Assembly: GCA_017560765.1 (NCBI GenBank)
Contig: JAFZEI010000028.1
Coordinates: 66,690 to 130,689 of the forward strand
Direction: 5' to 3'
Length of the DNA: 64,000 nucleotides
Origin: Clostridia bacterium
GTDB taxonomy: Bacteria > Bacillota > Clostridia > UBA1212 > UBA1255
The translations under genes were made by a program, and so were the position numbers. The notes beneath the pieces were generated by a model that searched no databases, was not told where the DNA came from, and saw nothing but the letters and a program-made list of their open reading frames with translations. Shown here in pieces: positions 56,581-64,000 of the stretch (its first letter is position 1; each line of letters opens with the position of its first letter).

Positions 56581-57464
56581 TTTTGTTTGCCTCCCCTTCT
56601 GAATATGTTCGCTCTTTTGCCTGTTGCTTTATCATTTTCTGTTTTGGGCGCCAATGACTCAATCAAAAAGCTCCTTAACGCATCCTCTTTCACGTTTCTT
56701 TTCAACTGACCGTTTTCTGCCACAGAAACATACCCTGTTTCTTCTGAAACAATAATTGATATACAATCAGTATTCTCGCTTATGCCTATTCCGGCGCGAT
56801 GACGAGTTCCCAAGTCTTTGTTTAATTGCAAATTTGCAGAAAGAGGCAAATAACACGCTGCCGCTGCAATCCTGTTCTTCTTAATTATAACTGCTCCGTC
56901 ATGAAGTGGTGTGTTTTTTATAAAAAGCTGTCTCAAAAATTGCGCGGTAACTGCAGAATCCACTATTGTTCCTGTGCGTATTACCTCGCTTAAATTTGTT
57001 TTTCTTTCAAAAATTATAAGGGCACCTGTCTTCTCGTCAGCCATTGCATAAGTAGCTTTTACAATTTCGCTTACCATAAAACTTAAATCTGCCGTTTTTT
57101 GTGTGCCGCTTTTAAACATTTCCATAAAAGAGGTCTGTCCCAAGCCCTCAAGAATGCGTCGTAATTCAGGATGAAAGAGAACTATTAGCATTACCGGCAA
57201 CACTTCAATTACCAATTTAAGCACAAAGGACAATGTTGAAAGCTGTAACAATTCAGCTAAAAAAGCTACAAATAAAATCAGTATCACACTTTTTATAAGC
57301 TGAAAAGCTCTTGAGTCACGCAAAAGCGTCAGCAAAAGATAAAACACATATGAGATAATCAGAATATCAAAAACAATTCTAAAAATATCCCATACGCTGT
57401 TTATGCCAAGATATTCACCTAAAAAAGTAGCAAATCTACCAAAGTCCGATGCTGATAAGCACAT
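56577..57464 (-). CDS. cdaA: Diadenylate cyclase CdaA
   Basis: Three N-terminal TM segments plus DAC domain motifs (…DGAVIIKKNRIAAAACYLPLS…TRHRAGIGISE…). Confidence 0.85.
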   Translation of the reverse strand: MCLSASDFGRFATFLGEYLGINSVWDIFRIVFDILIISYVFYLLLTLLRDSRAFQLIKSVILILFVAFLAELLQLSTLSFVLKLVIEVLPVMLIVLFHPELRRILEGLGQTSFMEMFKSGTQKTADLSFMVSEIVKATYAMADEKTGALIIFERKTNLSEVIRTGTIVDSAVTAQFLRQLFIKNTPLHDGAVIIKKNRIAAAACYLPLSANLQLNKDLGTRHRAGIGISENTDCISIIVSEETGYVSVAENGQLKRNVKEDALRSFLIESLAPKTENDKATGKRANIFRRGGKQK

Positions 57465-57480
57465 AGTATATTCCCCTCTT

Positions 57481-57606
57481 TTATAAATACATCAAATACT
57501 GAATCAACATAAACAAGGTTGTAGCAATCATTAAAAACGCAAGCAAAAGGCAAACAATCCTTACTATAAACTTAGATGTTTTCCCCTTATTTTTTTGCTT
57601 ACTCAT
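57481..57606 (-). CDS. Small (41-aa) basic-N-terminus single-TM membrane protein, unannotated sORF
   Basis: Minus-strand ORF MSKQKNKGKTSKFIVRIVCLLLAFLMIATTLFMLIQYLMYL, with RBS GAGGTG 7 nt upstream. It sits between the divIVA-like gene and cdaA and is below the ORF-track size cutoff. Confidence 0.35.
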   Translation of the reverse strand: MSKQKNKGKTSKFIVRIVCLLLAFLMIATTLFMLIQYLMYL

Positions 57607-58222
57607 TATTTGTCACCTCATCACTGCTGTATTTTCCCTCTACACAAGATACATTATTGTTAAATGTATTAATCTCCTCGTCCATTTTGTCTGTAATAGC
57701 TTTAAGCGCAGCCTCCATTTGTGCTTTAACACCATTACACATTTGAGTAACCTCAATACGCATATCGCGAAGTCTTTTATTCTTATCCACGATATTAACA
57801 CGCAAATTTTCTGACTTAATCTCCAATTGACGACGTTCAAATTCAGCCTGCTCTTGGGCACAGCTAATAATTTCTTTTGCAGTATTTTCTGCCTTAATCA
57901 AGGCATCTGCCACCTTCGACTTTTCTGCCTGCAAAACAATATATGAAGCAGAAAGCTGATTATGCTGTGCAAGCAAGCCATTATACATATCAGCAAGTTC
58001 ACTGTAAGCTTCACCCAGCTTTATTATTTCATTTGTGTTAGCTTCTATAATCTCCATATAATGCTTATTGAGTGCATCAACATACTCATTAACATATTTT
58101 TTTCTGTATTTTTTTAAAGGTACATCAAAAGTCTTCGGCTCGCACTTACCCTCTGCAAGAATTTCATTTTTATCAAAGGGTTGTATAGGTTCCAACATTT
58201 TATTCTGCGTCTGTGTTTCCAA
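57599..58222 (-). CDS. DivIVA-domain coiled-coil protein
   Basis: N-terminal FDVPLKKYRKKYVNEYVDAL (DivIVA N-motif), then coiled coil. Start placed at TTG 58222, with AGGAGG 7 nt upstream; the alternative ATG is at 58198. Confidence 0.55.
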   Translation of the reverse strand: METQTQNKMLEPIQPFDKNEILAEGKCEPKTFDVPLKKYRKKYVNEYVDALNKHYMEIIEANTNEIIKLGEAYSELADMYNGLLAQHNQLSASYIVLQAEKSKVADALIKAENTAKEIISCAQEQAEFERRQLEIKSENLRVNIVDKNKRLRDMRIEVTQMCNGVKAQMEAALKAITDKMDEEINTFNNNVSCVEGKYSSDEVTNNE

Positions 58223-58562
58223 TTGTATTCCTCCTAACGTACTTTTCAATTACAGATTTAATTTCATCTGCAGACTTTAAACCGATTATCCTCTGTTCAG
58301 TTATACCATTTACTATAAATGCCAAGGTAGGCACACTTGCAATACGGAATGCCTTTACTGTCTGCGGACACTCTTCTACATTTACAAAACCAATTTTTAA
58401 AAGTCCCTCATACGTTTCTGCAAGTTCGTCTAAAATCGGTGCCAATGTTCTGCAAGGGCCGCAATTTTGCGCCCAAAAATTCACCATAATGGGAATTTTG
58501 CTTTTTATAATGTATCTGTCAAAAATTTCATCGCTAAAGTGTATTATTTTATCCGATGGCAT
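58200..58562 (-). CDS. trxA: Thioredoxin
   Basis: The 120-aa protein has the active site WAQNCGPC and a thioredoxin fold. Confidence 0.8.
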   Translation of the reverse strand: MPSDKIIHFSDEIFDRYIIKSKIPIMVNFWAQNCGPCRTLAPILDELAETYEGLLKIGFVNVEECPQTVKAFRIASVPTLAFIVNGITEQRIIGLKSADEIKSVIEKYVRRNTIGNTDAE

Positions 58563-58634
58563 TATTTTATCACCTATTTTTCTTAAAGTTAACAGTTGTT
58601 TAAAGTATAAAACAACCTGAAATTTTCGTCAACA

Positions 58635-60314
58635 TCAAAACAGCCCACTAATGTTGCCGTTCTCATCTATGTCAATCTTCTCTGCAGCAGGAATTTTAGG
58701 CAATCCGGGCATTGTCATAATAGAACCTGTAAGTGCCACAACGAATCCTGCTCCTGCAGAAACCTTTAAATTTCTTACAGTAATGTCAAAATTCTCCGGC
58801 GCACCGATTTTTGTCATATCATCTGAAAAACTGTATTGTGTCTTTGCCACACACACAGGAAGCTTGCCAAAGCCCATTGCCTCTAACTGCTTTTTCTGTT
58901 TCAAAGCCTCTGCAGTATAAATAACGCTGTTTCCTCTGTAAACCTTTTGTGTTACAGCTGTTAATTTTTCATCTATTGTGCTGTCATCTTCGTAGGAAAA
59001 TCTGAAATTGTTGTTTTCTTCTTTTTCACAAAGCCTTACAACTTCTTGTGCAAGCTCTATAGCGCCTTCTCCACCTTTTGCCCATACGTCGGAAAGTGCC
59101 ACGTTCACCCCAAGCTCCTTGCATTTCTTCTCTATCAATGCAAGCTCCGCATCGCTGTCTTGAACAAATCTGTTAATAGCAACAACACAAGGCAAACCGT
59201 AAACTTCACGTATATTGGATACGTGTCTTAAAAGATTCGGCAAGCCTTTCTCAAGCGCTTCGATATTTTCTGATGCCAATTCAGACTTCGGTACACCTCC
59301 ATGCATTTTCAAGGCTTTTACTGTAGCAACCACAACAACAGCAGAAGGACGAAGTCCTGCCACTCTGCACTTGATGTCAAGGAACTTTTCCGCACCTAAA
59401 TCTGCACCGAAACCTGCCTCTGTAACAGTATACTCACCAAGCTCCATAGCTGTTTTTGTAGCTATAACGGAGTTACAACCGTGTGCAATGTTTGCAAAAG
59501 GACCACCATGAACAAGAGCGGGCGTACCCTCTAATGTTTGTACAAGATTAGGCTTTAATGCTTCTTTAAGAAGTGCCGCCATAGCTCCTTCTGCCTTAAG
59601 CATAGAAGCCGTAACAGGCTTCTCATCGTATGTATAACCAACTATAATTCTGCCAAGACGCTCCTTTAAATCAGTCAAAGACGATGCTAAACAAAGCACT
59701 GCCATAACTTCAGAGGCAACTGTTATATCATAACCGTCTTCTCTCGGGACTCCGTTAACTCTGCCTCCGAGACCATCTGTTATATTTCTCAACTGACGAT
59801 CATTCATATCTACACATCTGCGCCATGTTATGCGTCTGGGATCAATATTAAGCTGATTTCCTTGATATATATGATTGTCAAGCATTGCAGCCAGCAAATT
59901 GTTTGCCGCACCTATTGCATGGAAATCTCCCGTAAAATGAAGATTTATATCCTCCATCGGAATTACCTGAGCATAGCCGCCTCCTGCAGCGCCTCCCTTA
60001 ACACCGAAAACAGGTCCTAAAGAGGGCTCACGAAGAGCTACAATAGATTCTTTGCCAATTTTCCGAAGTCCGTCAGCAAGACCTATTGTCGTAGTAGTCT
60101 TGCCTTCTCCCGCCGGAGTCGGCGTAATAGCTGTAACAAGTACCAACTTTGCCTTTGCGTCTTTATGAGGCATTTTCCAAGTGTCTATTTTGGCCTTATA
60201 CTTACCGTAGTACTCAACATATTCCATGTCGATACCTGCTTTTTCAGCAATTTCACCTATCGGTTTGATTTCTGCGCTTTGCGCAATTTCAATATCACTT
60301 TTGTACGAGCTCAT
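58635..60314 (-). CDS. fhs: Formate--tetrahydrofolate ligase
   Basis: The 559-aa protein has [12 protein letters not shown]… and the P-loop-like motif ([15 protein letters not shown]) characteristic of FTHFS. Confidence 0.9.
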   Translation of the reverse strand: MSSYKSDIEIAQSAEIKPIGEIAEKAGIDMEYVEYYGKYKAKIDTWKMPHKDAKAKLVLVTAITPTPAGEGKTTTTIGLADGLRKIGKESIVALREPSLGPVFGVKGGAAGGGYAQVIPMEDINLHFTGDFHAIGAANNLLAAMLDNHIYQGNQLNIDPRRITWRRCVDMNDRQLRNITDGLGGRVNGVPREDGYDITVASEVMAVLCLASSLTDLKERLGRIIVGYTYDEKPVTASMLKAEGAMAALLKEALKPNLVQTLEGTPALVHGGPFANIAHGCNSVIATKTAMELGEYTVTEAGFGADLGAEKFLDIKCRVAGLRPSAVVVVATVKALKMHGGVPKSELASENIEALEKGLPNLLRHVSNIREVYGLPCVVAINRFVQDSDAELALIEKKCKELGVNVALSDVWAKGGEGAIELAQEVVRLCEKEENNNFRFSYEDDSTIDEKLTAVTQKVYRGNSVIYTAEALKQKKQLEAMGFGKLPVCVAKTQYSFSDDMTKIGAPENFDITVRNLKVSAGAGFVVALTGSIMTMPGLPKIPAAEKIDIDENGNISGLF

Positions 60315-60356
60315 GGTTTATCCCTTCTCTTAAATATTAAAATTTATATATTTATT

Positions 60357-61436
60357 TTAGCGGTTTGCCTTTAATTTAGCAAACAATTTAACATTCTTTG
60401 TTTTAATCCTTGAAATTAAAGTACCCTCAAGATAACATAAAGTTACATTCTTCCATTTTACGGGCAAAAGCATAATTTTCATGTATTTGGAATTAGGTTT
60501 TGCGATTTTTAGTGCTTCGGACACATTTGGATTGTTGAGAATGCGTTTAATCTCTGCTTTGCGTTCCTTTTTACTTAAAGTGCAATTGGGATTTGTAACG
60601 TTCTCTATGCAGCCCACTACCCTTTCTATATATCTACGGAATACCATTTCTCTCGCCGCCGCTTTTTTTGCATCGTCTTTAATATCCCAATATTTATATA
60701 AATCAAGCATCCATTGATGTTCTTCTTCTCTCTTTTCATATAAAGTGCTTTTATATTTTGCCGTTTCACTCTCTGCTCTTGCTCTCATAAAACGATAATA
60801 AGGCTTTGGATTAAAAACTACTTTTTTAACATCTCTTATAAACGAAAGTACAAACGGGAAGTCATCCATCCATGTTTGCGGGAATTTTAAATTGTTATCC
60901 ATCATATATTTAGCTGAATATAATTTATTCCACGGTGAATATAAAAGATTTTTATCAAAAAGCTTATATGCATTTTCTCTGAAAGACTGCTGTGTCAGAA
61001 AATCCATTGGCTCTTCTGTTTGTATTTGAGTATACTTTTCGTCATCGCTGTAATACGTTTCAATATAGAAACCTGTTACAACAAGCTCTGCCTCATTCTT
61101 CTCTGCCAAATCATACATTTCTTGCAGCATTTCAGGCTCTGCCCAGTCATCAGAATCCATGAAGTACAAATACTTACCTTTTGCTATGTCTATAGCTCTG
61201 TTACGAGCAGCCGGTGCACCTGCATTTTCTTGGTGAATGACTTGTATACGGCTGTCTTTTTGTGCATATTCATCACATATTTTACCGCTGTTATCAGGCG
61301 TACCGTCATCAACTATTATAAATTCAAAATCCTTGAATGTTTGATTTAGTATACATTCAATTGCTTTTGATACATATTTTTCTACTTTGTATACGGGCAT
61401 TATTACTGTAATGCCTACTTCATAATTATTATTCAT
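60357..61436 (-). CDS. Family-2 glycosyltransferase
   Basis: ITVIMPVYKVEKYVSKAIECILNQTFKDFEFIIVDDGTPD, a GT-A N-terminal motif with DxD. Confidence 0.8.
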   Translation of the reverse strand: MNNNYEVGITVIMPVYKVEKYVSKAIECILNQTFKDFEFIIVDDGTPDNSGKICDEYAQKDSRIQVIHQENAGAPAARNRAIDIAKGKYLYFMDSDDWAEPEMLQEMYDLAEKNEAELVVTGFYIETYYSDDEKYTQIQTEEPMDFLTQQSFRENAYKLFDKNLLYSPWNKLYSAKYMMDNNLKFPQTWMDDFPFVLSFIRDVKKVVFNPKPYYRFMRARAESETAKYKSTLYEKREEEHQWMLDLYKYWDIKDDAKKAAAREMVFRRYIERVVGCIENVTNPNCTLSKKERKAEIKRILNNPNVSEALKIAKPNSKYMKIMLLPVKWKNVTLCYLEGTLISRIKTKNVKLFAKLKANR

Positions 61437-62547
61437 TTAACAACCCCTCTGCCTCTGCTGTTTTAAGGGCAGAAGCTATAACTTTATCCATATCGTAATA
61501 TTTATACTCGGCAAGACGTCCTCCGAAAATTACATTTTTATGCATATCGGCTTCGTCTGAATATTTCTTATATTTTTCTTGGTTCACCGCATCATTTACG
61601 GGATAATACGGTTCTTTGTCTAAAGTCCAAGATTCTGAGTATTCTTTTGAGATTACAGTACCCTTTTGTGTACCAAACTCAAAATGCTTGTGTTCTATAA
61701 TTCTTGTATACGGCGTCTCTTTATCTGTAAAATTCATTACCGCTACGCCTTGATAATTGTCAGTTTCGAGACATTCTGTCTCAAATCTTACTGTTCTATA
61801 CTCCAGCGTACCGTACTTGTAATCAAAAAAGGAGTCAATCGTGCCCGTATAAACCACTTTATCTGCGAGCTGCATGTATTCCGTACGCTTTTCTTGACTT
61901 TCGTTAAAGTCTGCACCGAAGCGAACTTCAACACCTTCTAAGAGCTTGTCTATTATTTTATTATAACCGCCGATTGGTATGCCTTGATATGCGTCATTAA
62001 AATAATTATTATCATACGTAAATCTTACAGGCAATCTTTTTATTATAAATGCAGGTAATTCATTGCAAGGTCTGCCCCATTGCTTCTGCGTATAATCTTT
62101 GACGAGCTTTTCGTAAATGTCCGTGCCTACGAGTTTGATTGCTTGCTCTTCAAGATTTGACGGTTCGTCCTTTGCTTCTGCTTGCTGACTTGCTATTTTA
62201 GCTGCCGCTTCTTGAGGAGTGACAACTCCCCATAATTTATTAAAAGTATTCATATTAAAGGGCAGATTATAAAGCTCACCTTTGTAATTTGCCACAGGAG
62301 AGTTTGTATATCTGTTAAATTCACAAAGGTTATTTACGTATTCCCAAACTCTCTTATCGTTTGTATGAAAAATATGAGCTCCGTATTTGTGAACGGTTAT
62401 ACCGTTTATTTCTTCACAATAAATGTTGCCGCCTATATGGTTTCTTTTTTCTATAACAAGGCATGTCTTGCCTTTTTTTGTAGCCTCATGTGCAAAGACG
62501 GCTCCAAAAAGTCCGCTTCCTACAATAAGATAGTCGTATTTTTTCAT
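61429..62547 (-). CDS. glf: UDP-galactopyranose mutase
   Basis: MKKYDYLIVGSGLFGAVFA… FAD-binding GxGxxG and ~370 aa of Glf architecture. Start at ATG 62547, with AAAGGAGA upstream. Confidence 0.85.
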   Translation of the reverse strand: MKKYDYLIVGSGLFGAVFAHEATKKGKTCLVIEKRNHIGGNIYCEEINGITVHKYGAHIFHTNDKRVWEYVNNLCEFNRYTNSPVANYKGELYNLPFNMNTFNKLWGVVTPQEAAAKIASQQAEAKDEPSNLEEQAIKLVGTDIYEKLVKDYTQKQWGRPCNELPAFIIKRLPVRFTYDNNYFNDAYQGIPIGGYNKIIDKLLEGVEVRFGADFNESQEKRTEYMQLADKVVYTGTIDSFFDYKYGTLEYRTVRFETECLETDNYQGVAVMNFTDKETPYTRIIEHKHFEFGTQKGTVISKEYSESWTLDKEPYYPVNDAVNQEKYKKYSDEADMHKNVIFGGRLAEYKYYDMDKVIASALKTAEAEGLLNE

Positions 62548-62771
62548 AAAGAACAAATTCTCCTTTCGGCTCTGCCTTGTATACATACGAATTTAATTTT
62601 ACCACACATACAGAAAAAATGAAACGCAAAATTTTTTACAAAGACAAAAAGCATTACTATTTGTGTAGAAAAGGCATTCTTTTGATTTCTTCCAAATTTT
62701 TTCTTGTATTTAATTTTCATGTTTTCATAAAATACATGTGAAAAATTTTATTGAAATTCGAGGTGTTTTTT

Positions 62772-63536
62772 TTGAGAAACAAATCCATATTTTCCAAAAG
62801 CAAAAGAGACCTTTCATATATTGTTGTTATGGTAATCACAGTGCTTGTTTTATCCTGCATAGCTGCACTTCTTTATAATTATGGCACAAAACATGAGCAA
62901 GAAACCAATATTCCGTCGGCCCATGTGCAAGAAGTTTTGTCAAAGCGCGGCTCATACGGCAGCGAAGTTACCGCAATACAAAAGAAGCTGAAAAATTGGG
63001 GTTACTACACAGGCTCCGTCGACGGAATCTACGGCAGTCGTACAGAGGCTGCAGTTCGTTATTTCCAACGAAAAAACGGGTTGGTAGTTGACGGAATTGC
63101 CGGCAAAAACACGCTTGCCGCAATGGGTATACAAAGCTCGTCGTCATCAACTGCAAGCAGTTCCGTAGGCGGATATTCTTCCAGTGATTTAAATTTAATC
63201 GCAAGAGCTGTTTACGGAGAGGCTCGCGGAGAACCATATACAGGACAAGTTGCAGTAGCGGCAGTTATTTTAAACAGAGTGAGAGATTCACGCTTTCCCA
63301 AAACCGTAGCCGGCGTTGTTTATCAGGCGGGTGCATTTGATGTAGTTGCGGATGGCCAAATAAACCTTACTCCCAACGACACTGCCTATAAAGCTGTTCG
63401 CGATGCTGTAAACGGTTGGGATCCCACCTATGGTTGTTTGTATTATTACAATCCTCGCACTGCAACCAACAAGTGGATTCGCTCGCTCCCAATATCTACC
63501 ACAATTGGCAGCCATGTGTTCTGCAGAGCAAAGTAA
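62772..63536 (+). CDS. sleB: Spore cortex-lytic enzyme SleB-like (PG-binding domain plus Hydrolase_2 domain)
   Basis: Signal anchor, PG_binding_1 (GSEVTAIQKKLKNWGYYTGSVDGIYG…TEAAVRYFQRKNGLVVDGIAG), and a SleB/CwlJ catalytic domain (AVYGEARGEPYTGQVAVAAVILNRV…). A TTG start with GGTG upstream is preferred over the TTG at 62751. Confidence 0.7.
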   Translation: MRNKSIFSKSKRDLSYIVVMVITVLVLSCIAALLYNYGTKHEQETNIPSAHVQEVLSKRGSYGSEVTAIQKKLKNWGYYTGSVDGIYGSRTEAAVRYFQRKNGLVVDGIAGKNTLAAMGIQSSSSSTASSSVGGYSSSDLNLIARAVYGEARGEPYTGQVAVAAVILNRVRDSRFPKTVAGVVYQAGAFDVVADGQINLTPNDTAYKAVRDAVNGWDPTYGCLYYYNPRTATNKWIRSLPISTTIGSHVFCRAK

Positions 63537-63559
63537 AGAATACTAAATTATTTTTTATA

Positions 63560-63592
63560 GAAAAGCGGTGCGACCATCAGCCACACCGCTTA
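63560..63592 (-). terminator. Rho-independent terminator downstream of purH
   Basis: Minus-strand hairpin aagcggtg…caccgctt (63563-63570 / 63584-63591) followed by a U-tract (plus-strand TTTTTT 63551-63556). Confidence 0.5.
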
Positions 63593-63625
63593 AGCAAACA
63601 AAATATCATATTAACTTTATCCGCA

Positions 63626-64000
63626 TCAATGATGGAAAAGTCTTATTCCCGTAAAGCTCATTACCATTCCGTACTTGTTGCATGTATCGATAACATGATC
63701 ATCACGGATAGAGCCACCCGGTTCAGCAACGTATTTAACGCCGCTTTTATGAGCTCTTTCAATATTATCACCAAAGGGGAAGAAAGCATCAGAGCCTAAA
63801 GCAACATCAGTATTTTTATCAAGCCAAGCGCGCTTTTCTTCTGCTGTGAATACATCAGGCTTAACCTTAAAAATACGTTGCCACTCACCCTCGGCAAGAA
63901 CATCCATATAATCCTCACCGATATATAAATCAATTGCATTATCACGATCAGCACGCTTAATACCATCAACAAATTGAAGTCCCAAAACTTGAGGAGATTG
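63626..64000 (-). CDS. purH: Bifunctional AICAR transformylase/IMP cyclohydrolase PurH, C-terminal fragment (N-terminus beyond window)
   Basis: C-terminal peptide …GVKYVAEPGGSIRDDHVIDTCNKYGMVMSFTGIRLFHH matches the PurH C-terminus (…QPGGSIRD…FTG.RHFKH). The ORF stays open to the window edge. Confidence 0.8.
   Translation of the reverse strand, partial: QSPQVLGLQFVDGIKRADRDNAIDLYIGEDYMDVLAEGEWQRIFKVKPDVFTAEEKRAWLDKNTDVALGSDAFFPFGDNIERAHKSGVKYVAEPGGSIRDDHVIDTCNKYGMVMSFTGIRLFHH

Noticed and set aside
1-64000. CRISPR arrays, transposases, integrases, phage genes
   Set aside because: Intergenic regions are all shorter than 230 nt and are accounted for by promoters, leaders, tRNAs and the riboswitch. 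No direct-repeat arrays, terminal inverted repeats or recombinase-like ORFs were seen.

Overview
This 64 kb window reads as core chromosome from a low-GC, spore-forming Firmicute, probably a Clostridia member. Supporting genes: sleB-like cortex hydrolase, YlbJ-like protein, prp-containing L21/L27 operon, cdaA-cdaR, an IspH-S1 fusion. Coding density is high and most genes lie on the minus strand.

Recognisable housekeeping content includes:
- rnhB (truncated by the window edge) and rbgA
- metA
- murD, divergent from a thrC-hom-aspartate kinase operon
- an FMN riboswitch controlling an ECF-type riboflavin transporter (ribU)
- an orphan rhaA
- obg and the rplU-prp-rpmA operon with its leader and promoter
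- hslO, an S41 peptidase, and ftsE-ftsX
- tRNA-Met and tRNA-Glu
- a pgsA-like gene, an M23 peptidase, rpmB, and an ECF sigma/anti-sigma pair
- IspH-S1 fusion, plsC, cmk
- a Gfo/Idh/MocA plus TIM-barrel isomerase pair
- cdaA-cdaR, thioredoxin, fhs, and a glf plus GT2 pair
- sleB-like gene and a partial purH

The outstanding feature is a roughly 14.7 kb, tightly packed minus-strand operon (6034..20736). It carries two complete ABC permease pairs, two lipoprotein solute-binding proteins, a 1105-aa membrane-anchored solute-binding-protein fusion with internally duplicated beta-sandwich-like modules, a 698-aa NHL beta-propeller/Yip1-domain membrane protein, and an 829-aa membrane-anchored extracytoplasmic protein of unknown function. 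There is no ABC ATPase gene and no regulator gene, and the operon is driven by a perfect-consensus sigma-A promoter. To my knowledge this gene combination (it recurs in Clostridia and Paenibacillus as YIP1-family, DUF5696-like and CUT1 ABC genes) has no assigned function; it is the best candidate for an undescribed system in this window.

No CRISPR array, transposase, integrase or rRNA gene was seen.
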